Shown piece by piece: positions 35,705 through 44,596 of a stretch of DNA of 64,000 nucleotides (the first letter of the stretch is position 1; each line of letters begins with the position of its first letter). The notes beneath the pieces are model-generated. The model searched no databases, was not told the DNA's origin, and saw only the letters and a list, made by a program, of their open reading frames with translations. The DNA is from a virus (taxonomy: Duplodnaviria; Caudoviricetes). The stretch covers positions 19,803 through 83,802 of the IMG/VR virus record IMGVR_UViG_2636415863_000002; one strand, given 5' to 3'. The position numbers and the translations under genes are program-made.

Positions 35705-36694
35705 GTGGAGTGGGAGATGTGGGAGATACGGCACCAGACGAGGTACGGCTGCGGATCGTGGCACCGCGCGGTCCAGCAGGCTGGCACGCTCCTCGACTGG
35801 GAGATGGAGCACCGCGGCATCGACGCGGAGGAGCGCCTCCGTTTGGTCTACGCCCGGCCGGCGCTGGAGCGGGAGTGGGCCGACCAGAAACGTCTCGCCG
35901 CTCTGGTCTTGTGGCGGGCGGCCTACGACGCCGACGTTCTGGTGGACGACGTGGTGCTCGGTACCATCCGGCGCTACTACGGCCGCATCCTCGGCGCCCA
36001 AGCCCTGCGCGACGGCCCGGTCCCAGACGCCGCGCGCGAGATCATCGACGGAGACGGCCCGTCGCCCGAGCTGCTCCACCAGGTGGCAATCATCCTGGAC
36101 AAGCACGCCCTCGTCGATGAGGCGACGCCACATCGGATCGGGCCACTCACCACCGTCGGGTACCGGGCCCGGGACCTGCGGTCCACGCCCGGTTGGGCTG
36201 AGGGCGACTGGACAGCAGACCTGAGGATCGCGCGAAAGTATCTGGATCACGCCTGGCAGAAGCGCGAGGACGGAAGCTGGAGAGTAACCGCGGCGGATCT
36301 TCAAGCCGCGGCCCGAGCGGTGCCCGTCGAGCCGACCTACGACTATCCCGCCGCGCCCGTCGGTCCGGACGGGTACCGGCTGTGGCTGCAAGAGGCGCAC
36401 TACCTGCTCTCCGTCGGGACCGCCCTGGCCGCAGTGGCCGGCACGCTGCCGCGCACAAGCGACGGCTACATAGGCCCCCTGGCCATGGTTCTCTCCGGCC
36501 ACGCCGGCGCCTGTCTCCAGTTGCACGACAGCGTCGTCGACGTTGAGCACCTTTGGTCGGCCGAGCCGGTTCAGCCAGTCGACCTGAGCTATTGGGACCT
36601 GTCGCATGTCCCCGCCTCGCTCCTTAGGCGGACAGATGAGATCAAGGTGCTCATCCAGGACCTTCGCGTCTGGCTCACCGTCCTCGCCTCGTAG
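35705..36694 (+). CDS. Hypothetical protein
   Basis: 329-aa ORF with coding-like codon usage. Confidence 0.55.
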   Translation: MEWEMWEIRHQTRYGCGSWHRAVQQAGTLLDWEMEHRGIDAEERLRLVYARPALEREWADQKRLAALVLWRAAYDADVLVDDVVLGTIRRYYGRILGAQALRDGPVPDAAREIIDGDGPSPELLHQVAIILDKHALVDEATPHRIGPLTTVGYRARDLRSTPGWAEGDWTADLRIARKYLDHAWQKREDGSWRVTAADLQAAARAVPVEPTYDYPAAPVGPDGYRLWLQEAHYLLSVGTALAAVAGTLPRTSDGYIGPLAMVLSGHAGACLQLHDSVVDVEHLWSAEPVQPVDLSYWDLSHVPASLLRRTDEIKVLIQDLRVWLTVLAS

Positions 36695-36789
36695 GCCACG
36701 GCCCGCGACTACTGGCAGGGCGTGGGGCGCGCGTGCAACCGCTCTTCCCGCACGGCCGTCACGGGAAGGATCGTGACGGCGATTGCCTG

Positions 36790-37092
36790 TCAGGGAGATC
36801 CGGTCACCACCAGCGACCCGTCCGTCACTCTCCGGGTCTCCCTGACCCTCAGTTGCGGAGACGAGTAGAGCAGCGCGCCACCTCGGTACAGCTCGTACTG
36901 GTACCACTCGGCCCGCTCCAGGGAGCGGCGCTGCTGCGGGTCGGCGTCCGGCAGCGTGAGCTCAACAACCCCGGCACCGGCGCGCATGATGCCCTGGGAC
37001 GTGATGCTCCCGGTGATGGTCATCGAGGCGGAGCCGGTGGTGAGCAGGACGGCGTCACCGTGTATCGGGCGAGGGCCGGGGTACCCGGTCAC
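36790..37092 (-). CDS. Hypothetical protein
   Basis: Beta-rich 100-aa ORF. Confidence 0.4.
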   Translation of the reverse strand: MTGYPGPRPIHGDAVLLTTGSASMTITGSITSQGIMRAGAGVVELTLPDADPQQRRSLERAEWYQYELYRGGALLYSSPQLRVRETRRVTDGSLVVTGSP

Positions 37093-37320
37093 GCTGTCAC
37101 CCCCGCAATGTCGCCCGTGGGCCTGGCGATTCGCATCTCATATTGCGCCGTGTCCATCTGCGCTCCTCCTGCCGACTGCATGCCGTGCTCATCCTCGCGG
37201 TGCCGCACAGGTCTGCGCCAGCATCCGGCCAGACAGTGGGCGAAGTGCGGCGGCGCTGGACGCCCAGATAACGTGGCTGTCGCCCGGCGGGTGCTGGTGC
37301 TGACGATGGAGGAGACGGGC

Positions 37321-37782
37321 ATGAGATGGGAGCAGGCATACGCGCGGGCGGGAGAGCTGGCCGCACTGGACCAGCCGGTCGTCGACGACAGCTGGGACTG
37401 CACCGGTGTGCGCGGCATCCTGGCCATCGCGCTGACCAGCCTCAGCGAAAGCGCCAAGGACCCGGTGCAGACCGGAGATCTGCTGTCGCACCTCGAAGCG
37501 GGCCCGGCCGCCGTGCGGAGGCTGGCCGCCGTCCTGCTCGGCGATGACCTGGCGCACGCGACGGACATCGACCCGGCGACCGTGGACATGAATGATCCCG
37601 TGGTGGGGGCGTGGGTGTGGCTGACGCGCTCCTGGCCGGCCGACGGCCCGTGGGATGGTATGAGCCGCGGCGTCGCCCGTGGCCTGACAGCCCCTGCCCT
37701 CGACATCTTGACCGGCTGGGCGGCAAGGGCCGCGTTGACGGGGCTGCACGCCGAACGCGGCGTGGAGTCGAACAGCTTCTGA
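37321..37782 (+). CDS. Hypothetical protein
   Basis: GGAGGAG RBS before ATG 37321. Confidence 0.5.
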   Translation: MRWEQAYARAGELAALDQPVVDDSWDCTGVRGILAIALTSLSESAKDPVQTGDLLSHLEAGPAAVRRLAAVLLGDDLAHATDIDPATVDMNDPVVGAWVWLTRSWPADGPWDGMSRGVARGLTAPALDILTGWAARAALTGLHAERGVESNSF

Positions 37783-37839
37783 GGCCCGGCGGGGATACCG
37801 TCATCTGCCCAGCGCTGCGCCTGTTGTTAGTGTCGTCGC

Positions 37840-38277
37840 GTGACCACGCCAGCGGAGCGCCTCGCACAAACCCTCGAGACCGTGCTCGAGGACCTGTCCG
37901 CCGAGCCGACGCCCCCAGCCCCGGTGTCGACACCAGCAGGACTCAATCCCGCAACCGTTTACCAGATGCGGATCCGCACACTCACGGTCCGGCGTCCCGT
38001 CCAGATGCGGGCCGAGGGCGATGACTTCCCGGGCCTGGACAGCGAACCGCTCTACGTCACCGAGTGGATCGAAAGGCGGATGACCTGCCGTAACTGCCGG
38101 AGCGGCACCGATCTTTCTCTCCGGGGCAAGTGGGGCGACCTCGCCACCGTCGTCTGCATGGCGTGCGACCACACGTGGCCCGCCCCGCTGCCTCCGGCGG
38201 CAAGCGTCCATGCCCTTCAGGCCGCCATCGCCCAGAGCGCCGAGAAGAGCGGCGGGCTGCCGACCGAGCCGGCGTAA
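37840..38277 (+). CDS. Zn-ribbon hypothetical protein
   Basis: CRNC...CMAC.HTW. Confidence 0.5.
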   Translation: MTTPAERLAQTLETVLEDLSAEPTPPAPVSTPAGLNPATVYQMRIRTLTVRRPVQMRAEGDDFPGLDSEPLYVTEWIERRMTCRNCRSGTDLSLRGKWGDLATVVCMACDHTWPAPLPPAASVHALQAAIAQSAEKSGGLPTEPA

Positions 38278-38347
38278 GCAACGACCGGGTCGTCATCGTC
38301 TGGGACCAGATGTCGCTCGAGAACGTGAAGACCAAGTACCCGGACCA

Positions 38348-38464
38348 CTACCCGCGGTGCGCGGCGGCGTCGACGGCCTTCGGTTCGTAGGACGACCAGC
38401 GAGTCGCGGGGCTGGTCGTCTCCAGATCGAAGCCGACCAGCCGGCCCAGATGCCATTCGCTCAC
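38348..38464 (-). pseudogene. Truncated DnaQ/DEDD 3'-5' exonuclease fragment
   Basis: GTG start SEWHLGRLVGFDLETT (ExoI motif), then divergent sequence and an early stop. Confidence 0.5.
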
Positions 38465-38605
38465 AACTTGCCCTGTCCGTCGAGTGCGTTCACCGTGGCG
38501 CAGGGCCACCCTGTGTCGCCGTGGTTTGCTACAGAGATCGCAGTAGGCAGTTCCGTCAGCGCCGAGGCGTCGAGCGTGCAGTACACGCACACGTCGAACC
38601 GCAGC

Positions 38606-38782
38606 CTAGGCCTCATCCCGAGCTTTGCCGATCGGGCCCGCCAGGTGCATCACGGCTTGCACGAGGTGCCGGGGAACTCGGCGAAAGTTGATCGACCGGT
38701 TGCCGTTGTCGCGCTCTGCCTCGGCGATCAGCTCTGCGATGACGGTCGGGAATTCGCTCGTGTCAATGCGGCGCGCCATCAT
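38606..38782 (-). CDS. Hypothetical phage protein
   Basis: Translationally coupled operon; AGGAGG RBS. Confidence 0.45.
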   Translation of the reverse strand: MMARRIDTSEFPTVIAELIAEAERDNGNRSINFRRVPRHLVQAVMHLAGPIGKARDEA

Positions 38783-39060
38783 GCCTCCTGGGCGGGATCT
38801 ACGTGGTGGCAGGTGCAGGTGCACTCTTCCCCGGTGAACTTGTTGTTGAGCCGGCACCGCTGGTGTAGTTGCCGCGCCCAGCCCGTGGCGTCCGGGACGT
38901 CGGCCGCGTCGACGCGGAGTGCAGTGTCGCAGCCGGTGGACAGGTACGGCGGGGTGTCGATGGCGGCCAGGATCTCCGGAGGCAAGAGTTCACTGGTCGA
39001 GCCGGGTGGGTTGACGTAGCCGGGCGTCAGGTTCGGGCCGACTGTGCGGTCTTCGGTCAC
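38779..39060 (-). CDS. Hypothetical Cys/His-rich phage protein
   Basis: YLSTGC...H.RC...K.TG..C.C.CH. Confidence 0.5.
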   Translation of the reverse strand: MTEDRTVGPNLTPGYVNPPGSTSELLPPEILAAIDTPPYLSTGCDTALRVDAADVPDATGWARQLHQRCRLNNKFTGEECTCTCHHVDPAQEA

Positions 39061-39557
39061 GGCTGCTCCTGCTCGCTGCTGGGTGTGTTGTATGCCTCGA
39101 CAACAACTGTCGTGGTCCGGCGGGCGATGCGGAACTGGTAGCCGGGTCGCCATTTGCGACGTGCCGCGAGTCGCGCTGTGGCGAAGTCCGGATCCGTGGT
39201 CGTACTGCTTGCCTGCTCCCATGTGCCGTCGGGCTGCTGGCCTTGGACGAAGTATTCGACGGTCTCCCGCCGCTCTGCGGTGGTCATCTCGGCAGCGGTG
39301 CTGATCGCCGGGTAGAGGTCGGGGAACGCGAGGCAGGCGTCGATGACGTGGGCGATGGTCTGCCGGTCCTTGGCGATGGGCTCGCCCTGCGGGTGCCGCA
39401 TGCCCTGGACGTAGCCCATGACAGCGGCGTCATGGACCAACGCCTTCTCCCAGTCGGTGAAGGAGGCGAGGACGACATTCACGGCGTCGGTGCGGTGGAC
39501 AGCCCGCTGCTCCAGGTAGTCGGCCAGGAAGCTGGGCAAGGCGGCATTGTCGGTCAC
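39057..39557 (-). CDS. Hypothetical phage protein
   Basis: GAGGAG RBS; coupled stop/start. Confidence 0.5.
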   Translation of the reverse strand: MTDNAALPSFLADYLEQRAVHRTDAVNVVLASFTDWEKALVHDAAVMGYVQGMRHPQGEPIAKDRQTIAHVIDACLAFPDLYPAISTAAEMTTAERRETVEYFVQGQQPDGTWEQASSTTTDPDFATARLAARRKWRPGYQFRIARRTTTVVVEAYNTPSSEQEQP

Positions 39558-39638
39558 GGCTGCTCCTCGGAGATGGCGAGGTCGGTAGGGCGATACGCAT
39601 TGGGTGTTGGGCACGCCGCGAGGTGCGGCGGGCTGGGG

Positions 39639-39932
39639 TTAGTTGAAGGTGACGGTCATGGCGTCAGGCGAGTGCACCGTCGGGTCGGTGCCGTTGTCGC
39701 GGTCGAGGATGCACCGCTCACCGCGCTGCCCTTCGGGCGCCATGTACAAGTGCCGGCCGCAGAAGTAGCCACCGCAGCCGTAGTCGTCGCCGCCAGGGGT
39801 CTCCCCGCACAGGTGCGCGAGGCCGCGGTCGATGCGCTCGGTGCAGCCGGGCTGCTCGCAGGTGGTCGGGACGTCGTAACCGGCCTCGATCGTTTGGCCA
39901 CGGCGGAAGATCTCGTATCGGGCGTATCCCAT
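39639..39932 (-). CDS. Cys-rich phage protein
   Basis: GY.V...CEQPGC...IDRGLAHLCG...GCG.YFC..H. Confidence 0.6.
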   Translation of the reverse strand: MGYARYEIFRRGQTIEAGYDVPTTCEQPGCTERIDRGLAHLCGETPGGDDYGCGGYFCGRHLYMAPEGQRGERCILDRDNGTDPTVHSPDAMTVTFN

Positions 39933-39978
39933 GAGGTTCTCCTACGGTTGGTCGTTGTGTCGGACGACGCGGTCCGGG

Positions 39979-40413
39979 TTAGGTGGTGGACTGCTGGTGG
40001 GCGTGGGGGCGGGGAGACGGGCTGTCGGGGTCGACGTCGAGGTGGGTGAATCGGACGGGCTTGCCGAGGCTGCGGGCGTACCGGACCTCTGCGCGAGTGG
40101 AGTCGCCGATGTAATCCCCGACGACGAGCACCTCGTCCGCGAGCCGGATCTTCGCCCGGTGCAAGTCGTCGAGGCGGACCTTGAGCGCCTCGGCCTCGGC
40201 GGGGTCGTCCCAACGCGGGTGCGCTTCCTTCATGTTGCAGCCGGGCGCGACAACGATGTTGCCGTCGGCGGTCTCGAGAAGGTTGGCCTCCTGCATCTCG
40301 GCCATGAAGCGGGTAGATCCGCAGATGACCACGATGCGCGGCAGGTTGAGGCGCTGCTTGGCGTCGGCGAGCTTCTCTTCGGCGGTGAGCAGTTGCGGGT
40401 AGGACATGGTCAC
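39979..40413 (-). CDS. Nucleoside 2-deoxyribosyltransferase-like protein
   Basis: IVVICGSTRF...H..KI.LADEVLVV..YIG.ST..E..YA..LGKPV. Confidence 0.6.
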   Translation of the reverse strand: MTMSYPQLLTAEEKLADAKQRLNLPRIVVICGSTRFMAEMQEANLLETADGNIVVAPGCNMKEAHPRWDDPAEAEALKVRLDDLHRAKIRLADEVLVVGDYIGDSTRAEVRYARSLGKPVRFTHLDVDPDSPSPRPHAHQQSTT

Positions 40414-40677
40414 TTCTCCTTCTCGGGTGTCCAGTACGGGGCGTCGGGACCGTGGGCGGCGATACGGGCGTGGACGTTGCGGAGGGTGGAGACGACCAGA
40501 TCAGGGCGTTCCCCGTCCGGGAAGGTAGGGCGGTCGGCGCGGTGGATTTCGTCGGCAACACGCTTGCGTTCATCAGCACGGGCCTCGGCTTCGACGGCGT
40601 CGAGTAGTTCATCGAGGGGGCCGTCGTCGAGGTGTGCGCTGGCGGCGTAGTTGTAGAGGTCGTCGCGGGCGGTCATG
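40410..40677 (-). CDS. Hypothetical phage protein
   Basis: GAGGAG RBS; MTARDDLY start. Confidence 0.45.
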
Positions 40678-40731
40678 GGCTCCTCAAGGGTTCGGGCCCG
40701 CCGCGAGGTGCGGCGGGCAGGGGCGGGGTTT

Positions 40732-41061
40732 TCAGGCGCCAGGTTCGGGCTGGCAGTTGGCGTTGTCGCCGCGGGCGTAGCTTCGGGCGGCCATGCTGCA
40801 GAGGGCTTCGCGACCGGTGCGCATGAGGTCATCCCAGGCAAGGAGCGGGGGCGTCGGCACATCGGCCATCCCCTGCGCGATCGCAGCCTTGAACGCGGAG
40901 GCGATAGGTGAGGAGAGACGGAACACGCCCTGCTCGTAACCGCGTTCAAGGGTCCAGGTGGTCAGGGTCAGGTCGAATCCAGCGTCGCCAACCGGGGTCA
41001 GGCTGAACGCGGTCACCGGCTCTGGCTGCTGCGCGGCAAGGGCGGTCTCTGGGGTGGTCAT
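40732..41061 (-). CDS. Hypothetical phage protein
   Basis: Coupled operon. Confidence 0.45.
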   Translation of the reverse strand: MTTPETALAAQQPEPVTAFSLTPVGDAGFDLTLTTWTLERGYEQGVFRLSSPIASAFKAAIAQGMADVPTPPLLAWDDLMRTGREALCSMAARSYARGDNANCQPEPGA

Positions 41062-41420
41062 GCTGCTGCTCCTCGGATGTGTGCGGTGAAGGTGGCGCCG
41101 GCGGCTTCCTGGAGTTCGCTGGCGAGGATGATGGCGGTGTCCGGCCGCAGGGTGACTTCGGCTGCGTCGAGGCCGACGACCGTCTCCAGGTCGTCGCGGG
41201 CCGCGTCGATCGCGGCGGGATGCCAGCCCGTGTCGTCGTCGGGGTCCGTGGTGCGCTGCACTACCGCGGCGAGCCGGTCCAGGGCATCGATGACGGCGGT
41301 CTGGTCATCGGCCCACGCGCGGGCCAGCTGGTCGAGCGTCTCGGCACGTATCACGTCGACGCGGAGGATCACGCCGAGGCCGAAGCCGTCCAGGCGGGCG
41401 GACAGGTCGGCGGCGGTCAC
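41058..41420 (-). CDS. Hypothetical phage protein
   Basis: Coupled operon. Confidence 0.5.
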   Translation of the reverse strand: MTAADLSARLDGFGLGVILRVDVIRAETLDQLARAWADDQTAVIDALDRLAAVVQRTTDPDDDTGWHPAAIDAARDDLETVVGLDAAEVTLRPDTAIILASELQEAAGATFTAHIRGAAA

Positions 41421-41620
41421 AGGGAACCACCCTCACGAAGCCGTTCCGCCACGGTCCGACGCGACGGCTGCGCCCACTCCAGCAGGCTGTGCAACTGGTC
41501 CCCGGACCCACTGACCTGGGTGTGCGGAATGGCGCCGAGGTCGTCGCGGACGCCCCTGGCCTCCTCGGCGGACAGTTCGACGACGACCGTGCCGTCGTGC
41601 TTCATGCTGACGATCTCCAT
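41417..41620 (-). CDS. Hypothetical phage protein
   Basis: AAGGAG RBS. Confidence 0.5.
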   Translation of the reverse strand: MEIVSMKHDGTVVVELSAEEARGVRDDLGAIPHTQVSGSGDQLHSLLEWAQPSRRTVAERLREGGSL

Positions 41621-41692
41621 GCGGTGCTCCTTCGATTCGGTGCGGGCGGGAAGGGCCGCCCCACGCTGGGGCTTGGGGCGGCCGCAGGGGCA

Positions 41693-42292
41693 TCAGCGGA
41701 TGGGCTCGGTGCGAGCGACGTACAGGGCTTCGCGGTGGGCTTCCATGGCCTCTTCGCGGGTGTCGCTGCGCACCTCATCGGCGTCGATGACGTGCTTGCC
41801 GACGCGCTTCCCGGTGTGCCGCCGGTCGGGATGGTCGTCGAAGATGACGGTGCTGTAGCGGCGGAAGCCGATCTGGACGGTGGAGACCGTCAGGTCCTTC
41901 TCTGCGCCCTTGACCTTGGCCTGACGAACGATCTTCGGGAACACGGTGAACTCCCTACTGGGAATGCGGGCGGACTGCTCGGTGGGGGTGCCCTTCCCGG
42001 CGGCGTCGGCCATGCGGCGCAGTTCCTTACCGACACCAGCGGCGACCGACGCGGCGTACTGCCCGGCCTCGGTGTCGCCGCAGGAACGGGCGGCGCGTAC
42101 CGCCACCTCGGCGGCCTCGCGCAACACCTCGGCGCGCGCTTCAGCGCGAACCTCGTCCAGCAACGCCTGCGCCTCCGCATGCGTGTGCGTGGCGTTCAGT
42201 ACGTTCGCGATCCGCTCGGACGCCGGCAGTGCCTTCTCCGCCGCAATCTTCGCTCGGACTCGGGCCTTCGCGGCTTCCCTGCGCTCGTTCAT
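41693..42292 (-). CDS. Hypothetical phage protein
   Basis: Good codon usage. Confidence 0.5.
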   Translation of the reverse strand: MNERREAAKARVRAKIAAEKALPASERIANVLNATHTHAEAQALLDEVRAEARAEVLREAAEVAVRAARSCGDTEAGQYAASVAAGVGKELRRMADAAGKGTPTEQSARIPSREFTVFPKIVRQAKVKGAEKDLTVSTVQIGFRRYSTVIFDDHPDRRHTGKRVGKHVIDADEVRSDTREEAMEAHREALYVARTEPIR

Positions 42293-42340
42293 GGAGAATC
42301 CCTTCGATGCGGGCTGGCTGGACTGGGCGGCGAAGTCGGT

Positions 42341-42658
42341 CTAGCCGACCTCCGCGGGGCGGCAGTTGACGATCCGGTCGATGCGGAAGGTGCGGTCCTC
42401 GCCGCGCATCCGGTCGTGGCCGCGGACGGTGATCGCACCGGTGCTGGTGGCAGCGAGTTCGGCCGGCTCGATGACCCGGGTGGACTCGGTGCCGTCCGCC
42501 TTCCGGTAGCTGATCTCAACCACCTGGTCGAGGTCGATCGCCCGGAACAGGTCGGCCAGCAGACGGAAGATTCGGGAGAGGGCGCCGCGGGCGATGGCCT
42601 CGGTAGCGGCGAGTGCGGCACGGATCGTGCGGCGAATCGTGGTGACAGTGCGGTACAT
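42341..42658 (-). CDS. Stand-alone WYL domain protein
   Basis: AI.....V.ISYRKADG..S.R.IEP...G.DR.RGE.RTFR.DRI. Confidence 0.75.
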   Translation of the reverse strand: MYRTVTTIRRTIRAALAATEAIARGALSRIFRLLADLFRAIDLDQVVEISYRKADGTESTRVIEPAELAATSTGAITVRGHDRMRGEDRTFRIDRIVNCRPAEVG

Positions 42659-42680
42659 CTTGGACTCCCCCTTGTACCTG

Positions 42681-42807
42681 GTGTAGCTACACCGTACAGT
42701 TGGGTGTAGCTACACCGCAAGCCATTCGCTGAAGAATCTGTAGCTACACCCGACAGGGGATGTGTAGCTCCATAGAGGGGAGACTGCTTTGCAGCCCGTA
42801 GCTACAC
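42681..42807. promoter_or_regulatory. Five palindromic GTGTAGCTACAC-type operators
   Basis: Copies at 42681, 42704, 42738, 42762 (degenerate) and 42796 between divergent WYL and RHH genes. Confidence 0.75.
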
Positions 42808-42824
42808 CTGGATACGGTGCGACC

Positions 42825-43046
42825 ATGTCGCCCAACGTGCCCAAGACCCCGCCCCGCCAGATCCGCATCGGGGACGCCTGGTACGACTTCGACGCCGCTG
42901 CCAAGGCCATGAGCACAGAGCGCGCGGCACTCATTCGCGACTTCATCGACTGGTACCTGCGGGAACCCGGCGCCAAGCTGCCCAAACGGCCGGAACGCGC
43001 TGACTGGAAGGCCAACCCCGAAGATGCAGGCGGCGAGGAGGCGTGA
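42825..43046 (+). CDS. Ribbon-helix-helix regulator
   Basis: TPPRQIRI.D.W..F..AA.....RAALIR.FI.WY. Confidence 0.7.
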   Translation: MSPNVPKTPPRQIRIGDAWYDFDAAAKAMSTERAALIRDFIDWYLREPGAKLPKRPERADWKANPEDAGGEEA

Positions 43047-43723
43047 CGTCGAACGGACGCACCGCCCTCTACCGGCTCCGCGCGGCGGACCATCGGTTGC
43101 TGTACGTCGGCATTAGCACCAACCCCGACATGCGCTGGGGGCAGCACTCCATCACCAAGCCTTGGTGGAGCGCTGTCGAATATCGCGAACTGGAGTGGCA
43201 CGAGAGTCGCGCCCTCGCTGAATCGGCAGAGCGGGCGGCGATCCGAAACGAACACCCAATCTGGAACGTCGTCCACGCAGTTTCCGATGCCGCATCCAGG
43301 ACCGACATCCCCGCAAAGATCCTGAGGGCGATGCGTATGCGGGACAGAGCCGACTTGGCAGTGGTCGACGCTCACAATCAACTCGTTGAGAGCGTGGTCT
43401 CCGCGCTGCTGGTCGGGATGATTGGCCCGACTCGGGCAGCTCAGCTCGCAGGGTGGGAGCCGTGCACTGTGCGCAAGTATGCGCGACTCCACGCCGTCCC
43501 GCCGACGCCACCAGGTTTGAAGACCCCCACAAAATGGAGCAAGTCGAGGGGAATACCTGTCGACGAAGTCGTAGAGCGTCAGATGGAGGCGGAGGATGCG
43601 ATCAAGGCCGCGGTTCGCCGACTGAAGACTTGCAGAGCCCGCTTGGCGAAGCGTAAGACCGAGGTGACGGACGCGATCAGGGAAGGACGTTCGCCTCGAA
43701 GCTCCGCACCCCCCGACGCCTGA
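43043..43723 (+). CDS. GIY-YIG nuclease family protein with helical C-terminus
   Basis: TALYRL...LLYVGIS.NP..RW..H...K.WW...AE..AI..E.P..N. Confidence 0.75.
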   Translation: MTSNGRTALYRLRAADHRLLYVGISTNPDMRWGQHSITKPWWSAVEYRELEWHESRALAESAERAAIRNEHPIWNVVHAVSDAASRTDIPAKILRAMRMRDRADLAVVDAHNQLVESVVSALLVGMIGPTRAAQLAGWEPCTVRKYARLHAVPPTPPGLKTPTKWSKSRGIPVDEVVERQMEAEDAIKAAVRRLKTCRARLAKRKTEVTDAIREGRSPRSSAPPDA

Positions 43724-43916
43724 CCTGCCCCACCGGAGCCGCACCCTCCATGGGTGCGGCTTTCGTGTGCCAGCGGCCAGCGGGTTGCCTGTCAGCGCGT
43801 CCACCGGGCCGCGGTGGCGACCGGCGGCGCCTACCGGTACTCGATCCGTACCGGGGCGAGCATCGGGCCGAGCGCCATGTACGCGAACCAGACGGCCAGC
43901 AAGGCGCACAGGAGCC

Positions 43917-44303
43917 TCATCGCGCACCGCCGGCCGACGGGTCGGGCGGGGCCGACTCGCCGGGCGACGGGTGGCACTCGTCCAGTGCGCGTCGGAGGAT
44001 TTCCGCGGCGATGTGGAGGCCGGCTGCGATGCCGCTGTGGGCGATGGTTGCCTCGTCGCTGCGGGAGGCGGCGGTGTCGCGTTCGGCTTTGGCGTGTTCG
44101 GCTTCGATGCGTGCGAGGGCGACGTGGGCGGGGGCGACGTGATCCGGATCGCCTGTACGGCCGCCTGCCGCCCTCTCGGGTGCTTCGACGCCCTGGGCGC
44201 CGTTCTCGCTGCACGGGGCGCCCAGCGGGCCGCTGAGGGCATTCTCGGCGCCCTCTCGGTCCTTGTACTCGGTTCCGGTCGCTGGTTCCTGTCGGTGGGT
44301 CAC
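43917..44303 (-). CDS. Hypothetical phage protein
   Basis: GGAGG RBS. Confidence 0.4.
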   Translation of the reverse strand: MTHRQEPATGTEYKDREGAENALSGPLGAPCSENGAQGVEAPERAAGGRTGDPDHVAPAHVALARIEAEHAKAERDTAASRSDEATIAHSGIAAGLHIAAEILRRALDECHPSPGESAPPDPSAGGAR

Positions 44304-44596
44304 TTCGGTGCCTCCCGTGGGGTTGTGAGGCCGCGTGACGGCCTTTGGTGGTGGATGCGGGGCCCGGGAGCCCCGCGGTCGATTGCGAGGCTCAGGCGGG
44401 CGTTCAGCGGTTCTGCGGGGCGGGCGAGGTCATCGGCGCCGACTGGCTTGGGCGGCGGCTCGGCGTGCGGCCCGGTTCGGGCGGGGCTCGGGCTGGTCAT
44501 CCGGCACGATCTGCTCGCCGCTCCAGCGGAGTTCGGTCTCCCAGGGGGCGCCGGGCTTACCGGCACGCTCGCCGCGGGGAGCCGAAAAGGGGGCAG

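Noticed and set aside
17200-38400. Complete autonomous AICE nested in the prophage
   Set aside because: No separate integrase, excisionase, RepSA-type Rep or flanking att repeats were recognised; cannot be fully excluded without comparative data
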